Shown here piece after piece: positions 17,687 through 26,093 of a stretch of 64,000 nucleotides of DNA. Position numbers and translations under genes: made by a program. Source of the DNA: Patescibacteria group bacterium (GTDB lineage Bacteria > Patescibacteriota > Minisyncoccia > Phycocordibacterales > SBAW01); the NCBI GenBank assembly GCA_028871115.1, contig JAGWOD010000001.1, positions 4,736-68,735 on the forward strand, read 5' to 3'. The stretch's first letter is position 1. Every line of letters begins with the position of its first letter. The notes under the pieces are model-generated. The model did no database searches. It saw only the letters and a list, made by a program, of their open reading frames with translations, and was not told the DNA's origin.

Positions 17687-18934
17687 TTATCCTAAACGCC
17701 TTGTTGCTTCTTCGCTTAGTCGCGAGAGTATCTCTTGTATGGGCAGTGCTCCAATTTTACCCTTGTCGCGACTCTCGAGAGTCGCTGTTTCGTTTTGCAT
17801 TTCTTCATCTCCGACGACAAGTAAATAGGGGATTCTGGTCGTTTTTGCTTCACGGATCTTTTTGCCAAGCGTCTCGTCGCTTTCATCGACCTGTGCTCGC
17901 AATCCCGCTCCCTCGAGCGCTCCTAAAACCTCACGAGCAAATTGCTTATGCTTTTCACCAATTGGCAAGACGCGCACCTGAACGGGCGAGAGCCAGAGGG
18001 GGAGATTGCCTGCTAGGTGCTCAAGTAGAACAGCAGTGCATCGCTCGAGAGAACCTGTTATTGCGCTGTGAATCATCACAATACGCTCTTTCTCGCCTTT
18101 TTCATTGATACACGTGAGATCGAAGCGTTCAGGAATATTGAAATCGAGTTGAATAGTCGCCACCTGATGGTTCCGACCGATTGAGTCGGTAGCCATGAAA
18201 TCGAGTTTGGGACCATAGAGAGCCGCTTCTCCTGGCGCTTCGAAGTAGTCGGCTTTTCTCGTCTGTGCAATCTCGCGTAGTGCATTCTCAGCATTGTTCC
18301 AAATAGCCGCTGTTCCAAGATATTTTTCAGGATGGGCAGGATCGTGGAAGGAAAGGCGAGCACGCAATTTAAAACCAAAGGTACTCCAGAATGTGTCGAC
18401 GATATCCCAAATACGAAGAAATTCCTCGCGAACCTGTGTTTGTCTGCAGAAAACATGGCTATCATCCTGGGTAATCGAGAGTACTCGGGTGAGACCACCG
18501 AGTTCGCCCGATTGTTCGTCGCGATAGACCATTGTTGTCTCCGCGTAGCGCTGCGGCATCTCGCGGTAGGAATGAGGGCGACGATCGAATATTTGAGTAT
18601 GGTGAGGACAGTTCATGGGTTTGAGAGCATACTCTCGCCCTTCACGCGATGTAATACGGAAGAGATCTTCGCCGAATTTTTCCCAGTGTCCGGAGCGTTC
18701 GTAGAGCTCCCGCTTGGTGATGTGGGGGATCGTCACGCGTTGATAGCCATGTCGAGACCGTAATTCCCAGACGTATCGATCGAGTTCTTGGCGCAGTATT
18801 GTTCCGCGCGGGGTCCACAGAGGTAACCCAGAACCTACAAGTTCGGAAAAGGTAAAGAGATCAAGTTCGCGTCCGATAGTGCGATGATCGCGCTCATCCG
18901 CTCCTTCCTGACTTTGGGGCGTTTTTTGTACCAT
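17687..18934 (-). CDS. thrS: Threonine-tRNA ligase lacking the N-terminal TGS and editing domains
   Basis: Begins at RDHRTIGRELDLF; LKPMNCPHH, YGPKLDF, TIQLDF and IHSAITGSLER; only 415 aa. Confidence 0.96.
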   Translation of the reverse strand: MVQKTPQSQEGADERDHRTIGRELDLFTFSELVGSGLPLWTPRGTILRQELDRYVWELRSRHGYQRVTIPHITKRELYERSGHWEKFGEDLFRITSREGREYALKPMNCPHHTQIFDRRPHSYREMPQRYAETTMVYRDEQSGELGGLTRVLSITQDDSHVFCRQTQVREEFLRIWDIVDTFWSTFGFKLRARLSFHDPAHPEKYLGTAAIWNNAENALREIAQTRKADYFEAPGEAALYGPKLDFMATDSIGRNHQVATIQLDFNIPERFDLTCINEKGEKERIVMIHSAITGSLERCTAVLLEHLAGNLPLWLSPVQVRVLPIGEKHKQFAREVLGALEGAGLRAQVDESDETLGKKIREAKTTRIPYLLVVGDEEMQNETATLESRDKGKIGALPIQEILSRLSEEATRRLG

Positions 18935-18967
18935 GGATTGTATAGTATCGGATTTTATCTCTTAGCA

Positions 18968-19002
18968 AAAGAAACACCCGCGCAGCATAGCCACGCGGGT
19001 GT
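18968..19002 (-). terminator. Terminator of the 19006-19386 orphan gene
   Basis: ACACCCGCG...CGCGGGTGT stem, with an A-rich tract on + that reads as a U-rich tract on -. Confidence 0.55.
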
Positions 19003-19005
19003 GTG

Positions 19006-19386
19006 TTACGGAGCCGGATGTCCCCATCCACATGAGGGACGTACTCGCCGGGAGCTTCGTCGCGAATGGAATTTTTGCTTCGGACTCGGAACTCCGGACG
19101 TTCTGTCCCTCGGTTTGAGCAACCAGATAAGGGTCAATGCGGCGTCCTTGTGTTCGGCCGCCATCATCGTTTGACCCCTGCCGAAAGCGATGAGTGAAGC
19201 CCGCACTGCCTCGAGCGCTGGCCCAGAATGCCCCTCCCTTGCGAGCAGACTCTCGTACTGCTGGGCTACATTCTCGGGGTTATTATCGAGCACCCGCAGT
19301 AGTGAGCGGACTGCACTTCGCTCATCATGGCCAGGAAATCGATTTTTAAGCGCTGTCGCAGCCCTACGGAAGACCTTTAGCGTCAT
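19006..19386 (-). CDS. Orphan hypothetical protein
   Basis: Own promoter TTGACA (19464-69), 17 nt, TACTAT (19441-46); AAGGGGG SD-like motif; own terminator. Confidence 0.55.
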   Translation of the reverse strand: MTLKVFRRAATALKNRFPGHDERSAVRSLLRVLDNNPENVAQQYESLLAREGHSGPALEAVRASLIAFGRGQTMMAAEHKDAALTLIWLLKPRDRTSGVPSPKQKFHSRRSSRRVRPSCGWGHPAP

Positions 19387-19480
19387 GAAACCAAGCCCCC
19401 TTAGTATTGTTGTGAAAGCAAGAAGAAACTGCTATTTCCGATAGTAATAACCGCTCAGTCTGCTGTCAATGAGATCTACA

Positions 19481-22400
19481 TTACAATGCCTTGAGTGCTT
19501 CTGCCACGAGGGAGAGTTCACCGTTTCGATTTGAGAGACGACCTTTGAGCGCGATACAGGAATCTGGCTTAAGAAGTGCACGGTATTCAGTGAAGGATTT
19601 TGGGAATACCACTGCCTCTATTGAGCCGTTAAAATCGGCTATCTTTATAAACGCCATTTGATCGCCGGCCTTGGTAAGTACGGTACGCATTTCCTCGATG
19701 ATTCCGCCGGTAACTGCGCTCATGCCGGGCTGGAGTTTCTCACGCAGTTCCTCGATAGTCATGGAACGCTTTGCGAGTTTTTCGCGCACCCGCTCAAGCG
19801 GGTGCCCCGAGACATACAAACCAAGGAGTTCCTTCTCCCATTGCAATTTCTCCTCGAGAGGTGCGGGCGGGGAGGGGAAAAGAGCAAGGTCATTGATTTC
19901 TCCTAAGCCCGCGAAAAGCGACTGTTGGGAACTTTCTCCTGCAGAACGATGATATTCGAGAATGCGTTCAATATTGGCCAACAAATTACCACGTTCACCA
20001 AAGCTATCGAGCGCGCCACACTGGATAAGTGCCTCCAGAGCTTTTTTATTGAGCGCTTGCTCTTGTACGCGCCGCAAAAAATCAGAAAGAGAAACAAAAC
20101 GGCCGTGAAGTTTTCGTTCGGTAATAATCGCTCCAGCGACTCCCTGGCCAAAATTCTTTATTGAATAAAGACCGAAACGAATTGCATCTCGGTTCGTTCC
20201 CGAAGCCAGTCGTGCCGCTTTCTCTGTTTTCTCTTCGCTCGCGCCAAGCACCACGGTGAAGTCCCCGAAACTTTCATTGATATCGGGAGGCAGGACTGGG
20301 ATGCCCATGCGCTTGCATTCAGTGACCATAATGCCTGTCGTATCAACATCGCCTGCTTCCGCCGTGAGGATAGCTGCCATGTACTCGATGGGATAGTTGG
20401 CTTTCATATACGCCGTTTGATAGGCAACCTTGCCGTAACTTGCTGCATGCGCTTTGTTGAATCCGTACGCAGCGAATGGTTCGATAAGCTTCCAGAGACG
20501 CTCGGCTCGTTGTTTGCCCATCCCATTTTGTATCGCGCCTGCGATAAGCTTTTCTTTCTGAGCCTCCATTTCAGCAGGTATCTTCTTGCCCATCGCCTTG
20601 CGTAGGGCATCAGCTTCAAGCCAGGAATATCCCGCAAGCCGCACTGCGATGAGGAGCACATCATCCTGATAGGTAATGACTCCGTAGGAGCGCTCAAGGA
20701 TGTCTTCCATGCGAGGATCGAGATAGGTAATGAGGGCAGGGTTATGTTTGCGCTCAATATACGCAGGGATCATTTCCATAGGGCCGGGGCGGAAGAGTGC
20801 GACCATGGCATTGATGTCGTGGATCGTAGTCGGCCGGAGCTCCTTGAGGAAGCGAGTCATACCTGACCCGTTGAGCTGGAAGGTCCCTTCAGTCTCTCCG
20901 TTGGCGAGCATCTCAAACGTTTTGCGGTCATTGAGGGGCACATTCTCTATGTCGATCTTAATGCCCCGTGTTTTCTCGACGAGCTTTACCGAACTGGCGA
21001 GTATAGAAAGGTTGCGGATGCCAAGGAAATCGAATTTCAGAAGACCCACGTCCTCGACCGAGTACATATCGTACTGAGTGATTATCTTGCCGCCCTTCGG
21101 ATCTTTTTGGAGCGGTGTGTAATGGACCAGAGTCTCTGGCGCGATGACAACGCCTGCCGCGTGCACGCTGATATGCCTTGCACACCCCTCGATTTTTCGG
21201 CCGAGGTCGATAATCTCCCGCGTCTCCTCTTCTTCTTTGTACATTTTTGCGAGTTCGGGATTTTCTTTGAGAGCTCGTTCGAGCGTCATGGGAAATCCTT
21301 GCGAACCGAAGGGCACCTCTTTTGCGATCCGATCGCCAAGTCCGTAGGCATAGCCAAGCGCGCGTGCCACATCCCGCACGACGCCCCGGGCGAGCATCGT
21401 TCCGAAAGTTCCTATCTGCGCCACATGCGTTTCTCCGTATTTTTTGCGCGCATATTCAATGACTTCGTCGCGTCGCGTATCGGCGAAGTCCATGTCGATA
21501 TCAGGAGCCTTCGGCCGCTCCGGGTTAAGGAAACGCTCGAACGGAAGCTGGTAGGTGATTGGATTAACGTTAGTGATGAAAGTGAGGTAGGAGATAAGAG
21601 AGCCGGCAGCGCTGCCGCGGGTTGTGGTGAGGATGCCGTGTTCGCGTGCAAAGGAAAGAAGATCCGCCACCACCAAGAAATAGGGTGCAAATCCTTTTTC
21701 CGCTATGATGCTGAACTCGTAGTCTACTCGCTTGCGCATCTCTAGCGTTGGCTCCATGCCCCGCAGGGAAAATCCTCTCTCGATGAGGGAGTGCAATTCT
21801 TTTTCGTAGGAGGAGCCTCCACTAAGAGGGAAGGCCGGAAATACCCATGATCCTAAGTCGAATTCGAGCGAACAACGCTCAGCGATTACGGATGCATTCT
21901 CAAGCGCCTCCGGAATATCTGCAAAAAGTTTCTCCATTTGTTCGGCACTCTGGAGAGAGAAATCCTCTTCATTGCCGCCGATATCTCCTTCTTCGGAAGG
22001 TCCCCGATTCTCTATAGCTCGCATCACAGTCCAGGCGCGACGATCATCGGGGGAGAGATAGAAGATTTCCTGGCCTGCAACGAGAGGTATATGTTCTCGA
22101 ATAGCTGACTCTCGAAGTGTTTCCATGGCGGCGTCGTGTCCATCGATTTCGGGATGAACTGAAACTTCAAGGTAGACGTTATCGTCCCCGAATATTGAGC
22201 GATATTCATCGACAACTTTCTTTATACGCTTGTTTTCGTTACTGCGGAGAATAGAAGTGATTTCTCCTCCGAGCGACGGGATGATGGAAATAAGTCCCTC
22301 AGCGTATTTCTTGAGTAACTCCCGCGAGACGACCGGAGAAGGGGAGTCGCTTAGATGAGATTCTGTGACAAGCGCGAGTAGATTTCGGTAGCCAGTTTCG

Positions 22401-22657
22401 TTTTGAGCAAGGAGGACAAGGCGGTGTTTATTCTCCCCGCTCTGCAGAGTCGCGTCGAGGCCGATAATAGCTTTGAGCCCCGCATGCTCGCATTCTTTAT
22501 AGAATTCGATAGCGCCATATAAATTATCTCTGTCAGTAAGCGCCAAACTTTTGCATCCGGCCGCTTTTGCCGCAGCCACGAGATCAGGAATTTTTGGCAG
22601 AGCCTGCAGAAGCGAGTAGTGGGAGTGGACGTGTAAGTGGGTAAAGCGGCCAGGCAT
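19481..22657 (-). CDS. dnaE: DNA polymerase III alpha subunit
   Basis: HLHVHSHYSLL, RGSAAGS, FERFLNPER, PDIDMDF, GLLKFDFLG, YGFNKAHAA and clamp motif QQSLF. Confidence 0.97.
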   Translation of the reverse strand: MPGRFTHLHVHSHYSLLQALPKIPDLVAAAKAAGCKSLALTDRDNLYGAIEFYKECEHAGLKAIIGLDATLQSGENKHRLVLLAQNETGYRNLLALVTESHLSDSPSPVVSRELLKKYAEGLISIIPSLGGEITSILRSNENKRIKKVVDEYRSIFGDDNVYLEVSVHPEIDGHDAAMETLRESAIREHIPLVAGQEIFYLSPDDRRAWTVMRAIENRGPSEEGDIGGNEEDFSLQSAEQMEKLFADIPEALENASVIAERCSLEFDLGSWVFPAFPLSGGSSYEKELHSLIERGFSLRGMEPTLEMRKRVDYEFSIIAEKGFAPYFLVVADLLSFAREHGILTTTRGSAAGSLISYLTFITNVNPITYQLPFERFLNPERPKAPDIDMDFADTRRDEVIEYARKKYGETHVAQIGTFGTMLARGVVRDVARALGYAYGLGDRIAKEVPFGSQGFPMTLERALKENPELAKMYKEEEETREIIDLGRKIEGCARHISVHAAGVVIAPETLVHYTPLQKDPKGGKIITQYDMYSVEDVGLLKFDFLGIRNLSILASSVKLVEKTRGIKIDIENVPLNDRKTFEMLANGETEGTFQLNGSGMTRFLKELRPTTIHDINAMVALFRPGPMEMIPAYIERKHNPALITYLDPRMEDILERSYGVITYQDDVLLIAVRLAGYSWLEADALRKAMGKKIPAEMEAQKEKLIAGAIQNGMGKQRAERLWKLIEPFAAYGFNKAHAASYGKVAYQTAYMKANYPIEYMAAILTAEAGDVDTTGIMVTECKRMGIPVLPPDINESFGDFTVVLGASEEKTEKAARLASGTNRDAIRFGLYSIKNFGQGVAGAIITERKLHGRFVSLSDFLRRVQEQALNKKALEALIQCGALDSFGERGNLLANIERILEYHRSAGESSQQSLFAGLGEINDLALFPSPPAPLEEKLQWEKELLGLYVSGHPLERVREKLAKRSMTIEELREKLQPGMSAVTGGIIEEMRTVLTKAGDQMAFIKIADFNGSIEAVVFPKSFTEYRALLKPDSCIALKGRLSNRNGELSLVAEALKAL

Positions 22658-22763
22658 TACTCCAGTATATCTTCTCTCATTCTTTCCGCTTACATTGACC
22701 GCATTTTTTTCTTGTGCTTTCCTTTACACAGAAAGTTCAATAGCAATTCTACGGGAGGGTTTG

Positions 22764-23030
22764 ATGTGCGAATATTGTGGTACCCCCAACTCGCCAAATC
22801 CTCAGGTCAGAAAAAGCTTGATGCAAAGCTTCTCTCGCTTGATGACAGGCCAAGCTCGACGGCGTGCCCGCGGCCTTTCTGGGTTTCTGCGGCGCTTACT
22901 CGGATTTCTTCCGAAGTCAGGAGCGGAGCTTGAACAACGCCGCCAAGACCTTGCTCGGCAAAAGCTCAATCGTGAATTCAGAAGAAAAACACGCCCGCGC
23001 AATTTCGGTATTCCTTTACGGCTTCCCTGA
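22764..23030 (+). CDS. Orphan small basic protein with N-terminal CxxC
   Basis: GGGAGGG SD before ATG 22764 (MCEYCG...); followed by a UUCG terminator. Confidence 0.5.
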   Translation: MCEYCGTPNSPNPQVRKSLMQSFSRLMTGQARRRARGLSGFLRRLLGFLPKSGAELEQRRQDLARQKLNREFRRKTRPRNFGIPLRLP

Positions 23031-23041
23031 GTCCTCTACAC

Positions 23042-23064
23042 AGCTCCCCTTCGGGGGAGCTTTT
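23042..23064 (+). terminator. Intrinsic terminator with UUCG tetraloop
   Basis: AGCTCCCC-TTCG-GGGGAGCT-TTT. Confidence 0.85.
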
Positions 23065-23083
23065 GTTGTTATCATACATAGTA

Positions 23084-23680
23084 ATGGCAAGGATTCTTAT
23101 TGGTATAGATGAAGCCGGACGTGCTCCTCTTGCAGGACCTGTTTCAGTCGGCTTTGTAGCCGTTCCAGAAAAATTCGATGTTCTCAAAGAATTTCCCGGC
23201 GTGCGTGATTCAAAGAAGCTCTCGCCGGAGCGCCGCGAAGCACTCTATGAACTCCTGCTCACACGCGCCCACAATGGAGATGTTCGATTTTGTGTTCGAT
23301 TTTCGAGCCATAAATATATTGACCGCTTTGGTATCACCAAGGCTGTATATCGAGCCATAAAAAGCGGAGTTCAAGCCCTTGCGCCGCAACCTGAAGATAC
23401 CCACATACTTCTTGACGGTCTTTTACATGCGCCGAGGCAGTATTCTCAAGAGACCGTAATCCACGGAGATGATCTCATTCCTCTTATATCACTCGCATCA
23501 ATTGTAGCTAAGGTGCGTCGTGATCATCTTATGGAGCGTATGTCCCGATTATTCCCTGGGTATGGGTTTTCCAAACACAAAGGCTACCCAACTAAGGAGC
23601 ATTATAAAACTATCGAGCACAATGGTCTCTGCGATATTCATCGCCGAAGCTTTTGTTCAAAAGTAAAAGGTATTGTATAA
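23084..23680 (+). CDS. rnhB: Ribonuclease HII
   Basis: GIDEAGRAPLAGPV, DSKKLS, LLDG, ASIVAKVRRD, HKGYPT and HRRSF. Confidence 0.96.
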   Translation: MARILIGIDEAGRAPLAGPVSVGFVAVPEKFDVLKEFPGVRDSKKLSPERREALYELLLTRAHNGDVRFCVRFSSHKYIDRFGITKAVYRAIKSGVQALAPQPEDTHILLDGLLHAPRQYSQETVIHGDDLIPLISLASIVAKVRRDHLMERMSRLFPGYGFSKHKGYPTKEHYKTIEHNGLCDIHRRSFCSKVKGIV

Positions 23681-23761
23681 TTGAAGTGGAACTAAGTTCT
23701 CGGGCGACTTAAAGTTGCTCTCTCGACATCTTCCAACCCATGAACCCAGAAAGGGCGAATT

Positions 23762-24031
23762 GTGAACCTAGGAGACTCGAGGAAACAGCGGCAGCAGCCA
23801 TTCTCAGTGACGCGCCGTCTTAAAAAAATCAGAGCAAGAGAGGTGAGGATTCCTTGCGAAGGATGTCCTATGAGGCGTGGTAATGAACCATGGCTCGACC
23901 TCGAACATTGCTGTCTGGCTGAGCATGTACGTCTCGATCCTGATCATCTGATATGTATGATCAGTCTCCGATTGCAAGAGATTCGGAGCGGGCGACTGAA
24001 TCCTGGCCAGACTATGACGTTCGCTACATAA
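23762..24031 (+). CDS. Orphan Cys-containing hypothetical protein
   Basis: 89-aa ORF filling the rnhB-rpmF gap, with CEGC motif; downstream hairpin at 24053-24079. Confidence 0.4.
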   Translation: MNLGDSRKQRQQPFSVTRRLKKIRAREVRIPCEGCPMRRGNEPWLDLEHCCLAEHVRLDPDHLICMISLRLQEIRSGRLNPGQTMTFAT

Positions 24032-24112
24032 CGTAAAGGAGGAAAGAGTAACAAGCGCCGGTTAAACAGCCGGCGCTTTGCATTTCAACACTTTTTTGCT
24101 ATAGTAGGCAAC

Positions 24113-24340
24113 ATGGTCGTACGGATGAGACATACACGCGCGCATACCGGCAACCGCCGGAGCCATCATGCGCTCGCAAACCCCACTCTCGTAAAATGCG
24201 AGTGCGGGGCAATGCGTCGCAAGCACGTGGCGTGTCCTCAATGCGGCCGCTATCGCGGACGGGTGGTAATTGATGTCGCGGCAAAGGCAGCGGCAAAACA
24301 AGCTCGCCAGAAAGCCCGCGAGGGAGCGGAACAAAAGTAG
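24113..24340 (+). CDS. rpmF: 50S ribosomal protein L32
   Basis: MRHTRAHTGNRRSHHAL..CECG..HVACPQCGRYRGR. Confidence 0.95.
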   Translation: MVVRMRHTRAHTGNRRSHHALANPTLVKCECGAMRRKHVACPQCGRYRGRVVIDVAAKAAAKQARQKAREGAEQK

Positions 24341-24437
24341 TTCCACCCCGCTAGGAGATAGGGAATTTTGCACTTGCTATACTTATAAGTGCGCAGTTTC
24401 CTGAAAGCTTAGGACCTTTCGCGCGTTCTTCTTACAT

Positions 24438-25352
24438 ATGGCAAACAGGCACCTCTCACGCTCAGTCGTACTCCAGGCCCTTTTCGAGTGGGATTTTAAG
24501 TCTCTCACTAAAGAACAGGCGCAGGCGTGTCTTTCTCGTATTACCTCTGAATTTGCCTCCGGTGCCGCAGATACGGCGTTTATGGAAGAGCTCCTTGGAG
24601 GTGTTCTTTCTCGTCGGGGTGATCTCGATCTCGTTATTGAAAAGGCTGCTCCTGAGTGGCCACTTGAGCGCATTTCTCCTGTTGATCGGAATATTCTTAG
24701 GCTCGGCCTCTACGAGCTTCTTTTTTCTGATCGAAACAAAGTACCTGCCAAAGTTGCCATCAATGAAGCGATAGAGCTCGGTAAAGCCTATGGAGGTGAA
24801 AATAGTGGCCGCTTCGTTAACGGTGTTCTTGGCGCGGTGTACAAGGAGCTCGGAGAGCCAGGTAAAGATGAGGTTGGCAAAAGGCGCAAAGACATTCCGT
24901 ACGACCAGATGCCGGTGGAGTATCTCGGCGGAGCGGTAGTCTTTGCGCACCACCAAGGTGATGTCTATCTCGCGCTGGTGCACGATATCTTTGGCCACTG
25001 GACGCTTTCCAAAGGACGCATTGAACAAGGAGAGAATCTCGAGGAGGGGACGATACGGGAGATTAAAGAGGAAATAGGACTTTCTATAAAGATACTTTCC
25101 TCACTCGGAGAAAATGAGTACGTAGCAAGTGATCCAAAAGCTGGGAAAAAACGCAAACACGTCGCGTATTTCCTCGCGGAATCGCCTTTTGTCGATGTAA
25201 AGCTCGAAGAAGAAAAGGGGGGCCTCGACGAAGCCCGCTGGTTTCGTCTCAAAGATGCCCTTGAACTTAATTTCTACGAGGACATCCTGCCTATTGTCAC
25301 GAAAGCAGTACAGAATCTTACCGAAGGTTCAAAGAAGAAACATAAGAAATAA
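24438..25352 (+). CDS. nusB: Transcription antitermination factor NusB fused to a C-terminal Nudix hydrolase
   Basis: NusB part: RHLSRSVVLQALF..DRNILRLG..VAINEAIELGKAYG..FVNGVLG. Nudix box: GRIEQGENLEEGTIREIKEEIGL. Confidence 0.92.
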   Translation: MANRHLSRSVVLQALFEWDFKSLTKEQAQACLSRITSEFASGAADTAFMEELLGGVLSRRGDLDLVIEKAAPEWPLERISPVDRNILRLGLYELLFSDRNKVPAKVAINEAIELGKAYGGENSGRFVNGVLGAVYKELGEPGKDEVGKRRKDIPYDQMPVEYLGGAVVFAHHQGDVYLALVHDIFGHWTLSKGRIEQGENLEEGTIREIKEEIGLSIKILSSLGENEYVASDPKAGKKRKHVAYFLAESPFVDVKLEEEKGGLDEARWFRLKDALELNFYEDILPIVTKAVQNLTEGSKKKHKK

Positions 25353-25353
25353 A

Positions 25354-26052
25354 ATGAGTGAGAAAAATTTCAGCGAATTCGCTCAAAAACTCAACCTAGT
25401 ATTTAAAGACGAAAGTCTCCTGCGACTTGCGTTTACCCATCGTTCATACCTCAATGAGCATCGTGAAGAGGCTCATCGCGGCCACAATGAGCGGCTTGAA
25501 TTCTTGGGTGATGCGGTGCTCGAACTTACCTCAACGCGCTTTCTCTACGATCGGTTTCCAACCCATCAGGAAGGCGATCTTACTGCCTATCGAGCGGCGC
25601 TCGTGAACGCTAATACGCTTTCGGAAGTTGCGGCACGCATTGGTATGAACGATTACCTCCTTCTCTCCAAGGGTGAAGCAAAGGATCTAGGCCGCGCCCG
25701 CCAGATACTTCTTGCCAATGCTTTTGAAGCTCTTATCGGAGCGGTTTACCTTGATCAGGGATATGACGGAGCCGAGCACTTCCTCTCAAGGTATCTTTTC
25801 CCAAAGATAGATGAGATCGTCAAAAAACGTCTTTGGCAGGATGCAAAGTCTGCCTTCCAGGAAAAAGCTCAGGAGCACGAAGGAGAGACTCCTACCTACG
25901 CTGTACTACGCGAGGAGGGACCGGACCATGACAAACAATTTGTCATGGGAGTATATGTCAGAAACGTGCTTGTGGCTGAAGGAGAGGGTCGTAGTAAGCA
26001 GGAAGCGGAACAAGAGGCCGCACGAGCGGGTCTTGAACGTAAAGGTTGGTAG
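25354..26052 (+). CDS. rnc: Ribonuclease III
   Basis: THRSY, NERLEFLGDAVL and FEALIGAVYLD; dsRBD with GPDH..GRSKQEAEQ. Start ATG 25354. Confidence 0.97.
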   Translation: MSEKNFSEFAQKLNLVFKDESLLRLAFTHRSYLNEHREEAHRGHNERLEFLGDAVLELTSTRFLYDRFPTHQEGDLTAYRAALVNANTLSEVAARIGMNDYLLLSKGEAKDLGRARQILLANAFEALIGAVYLDQGYDGAEHFLSRYLFPKIDEIVKKRLWQDAKSAFQEKAQEHEGETPTYAVLREEGPDHDKQFVMGVYVRNVLVAEGEGRSKQEAEQEAARAGLERKGW

Positions 26053-26093
26053 TTTCTCAATACCAGAGGCTTTTTCTTGTTACAATATCGGCA

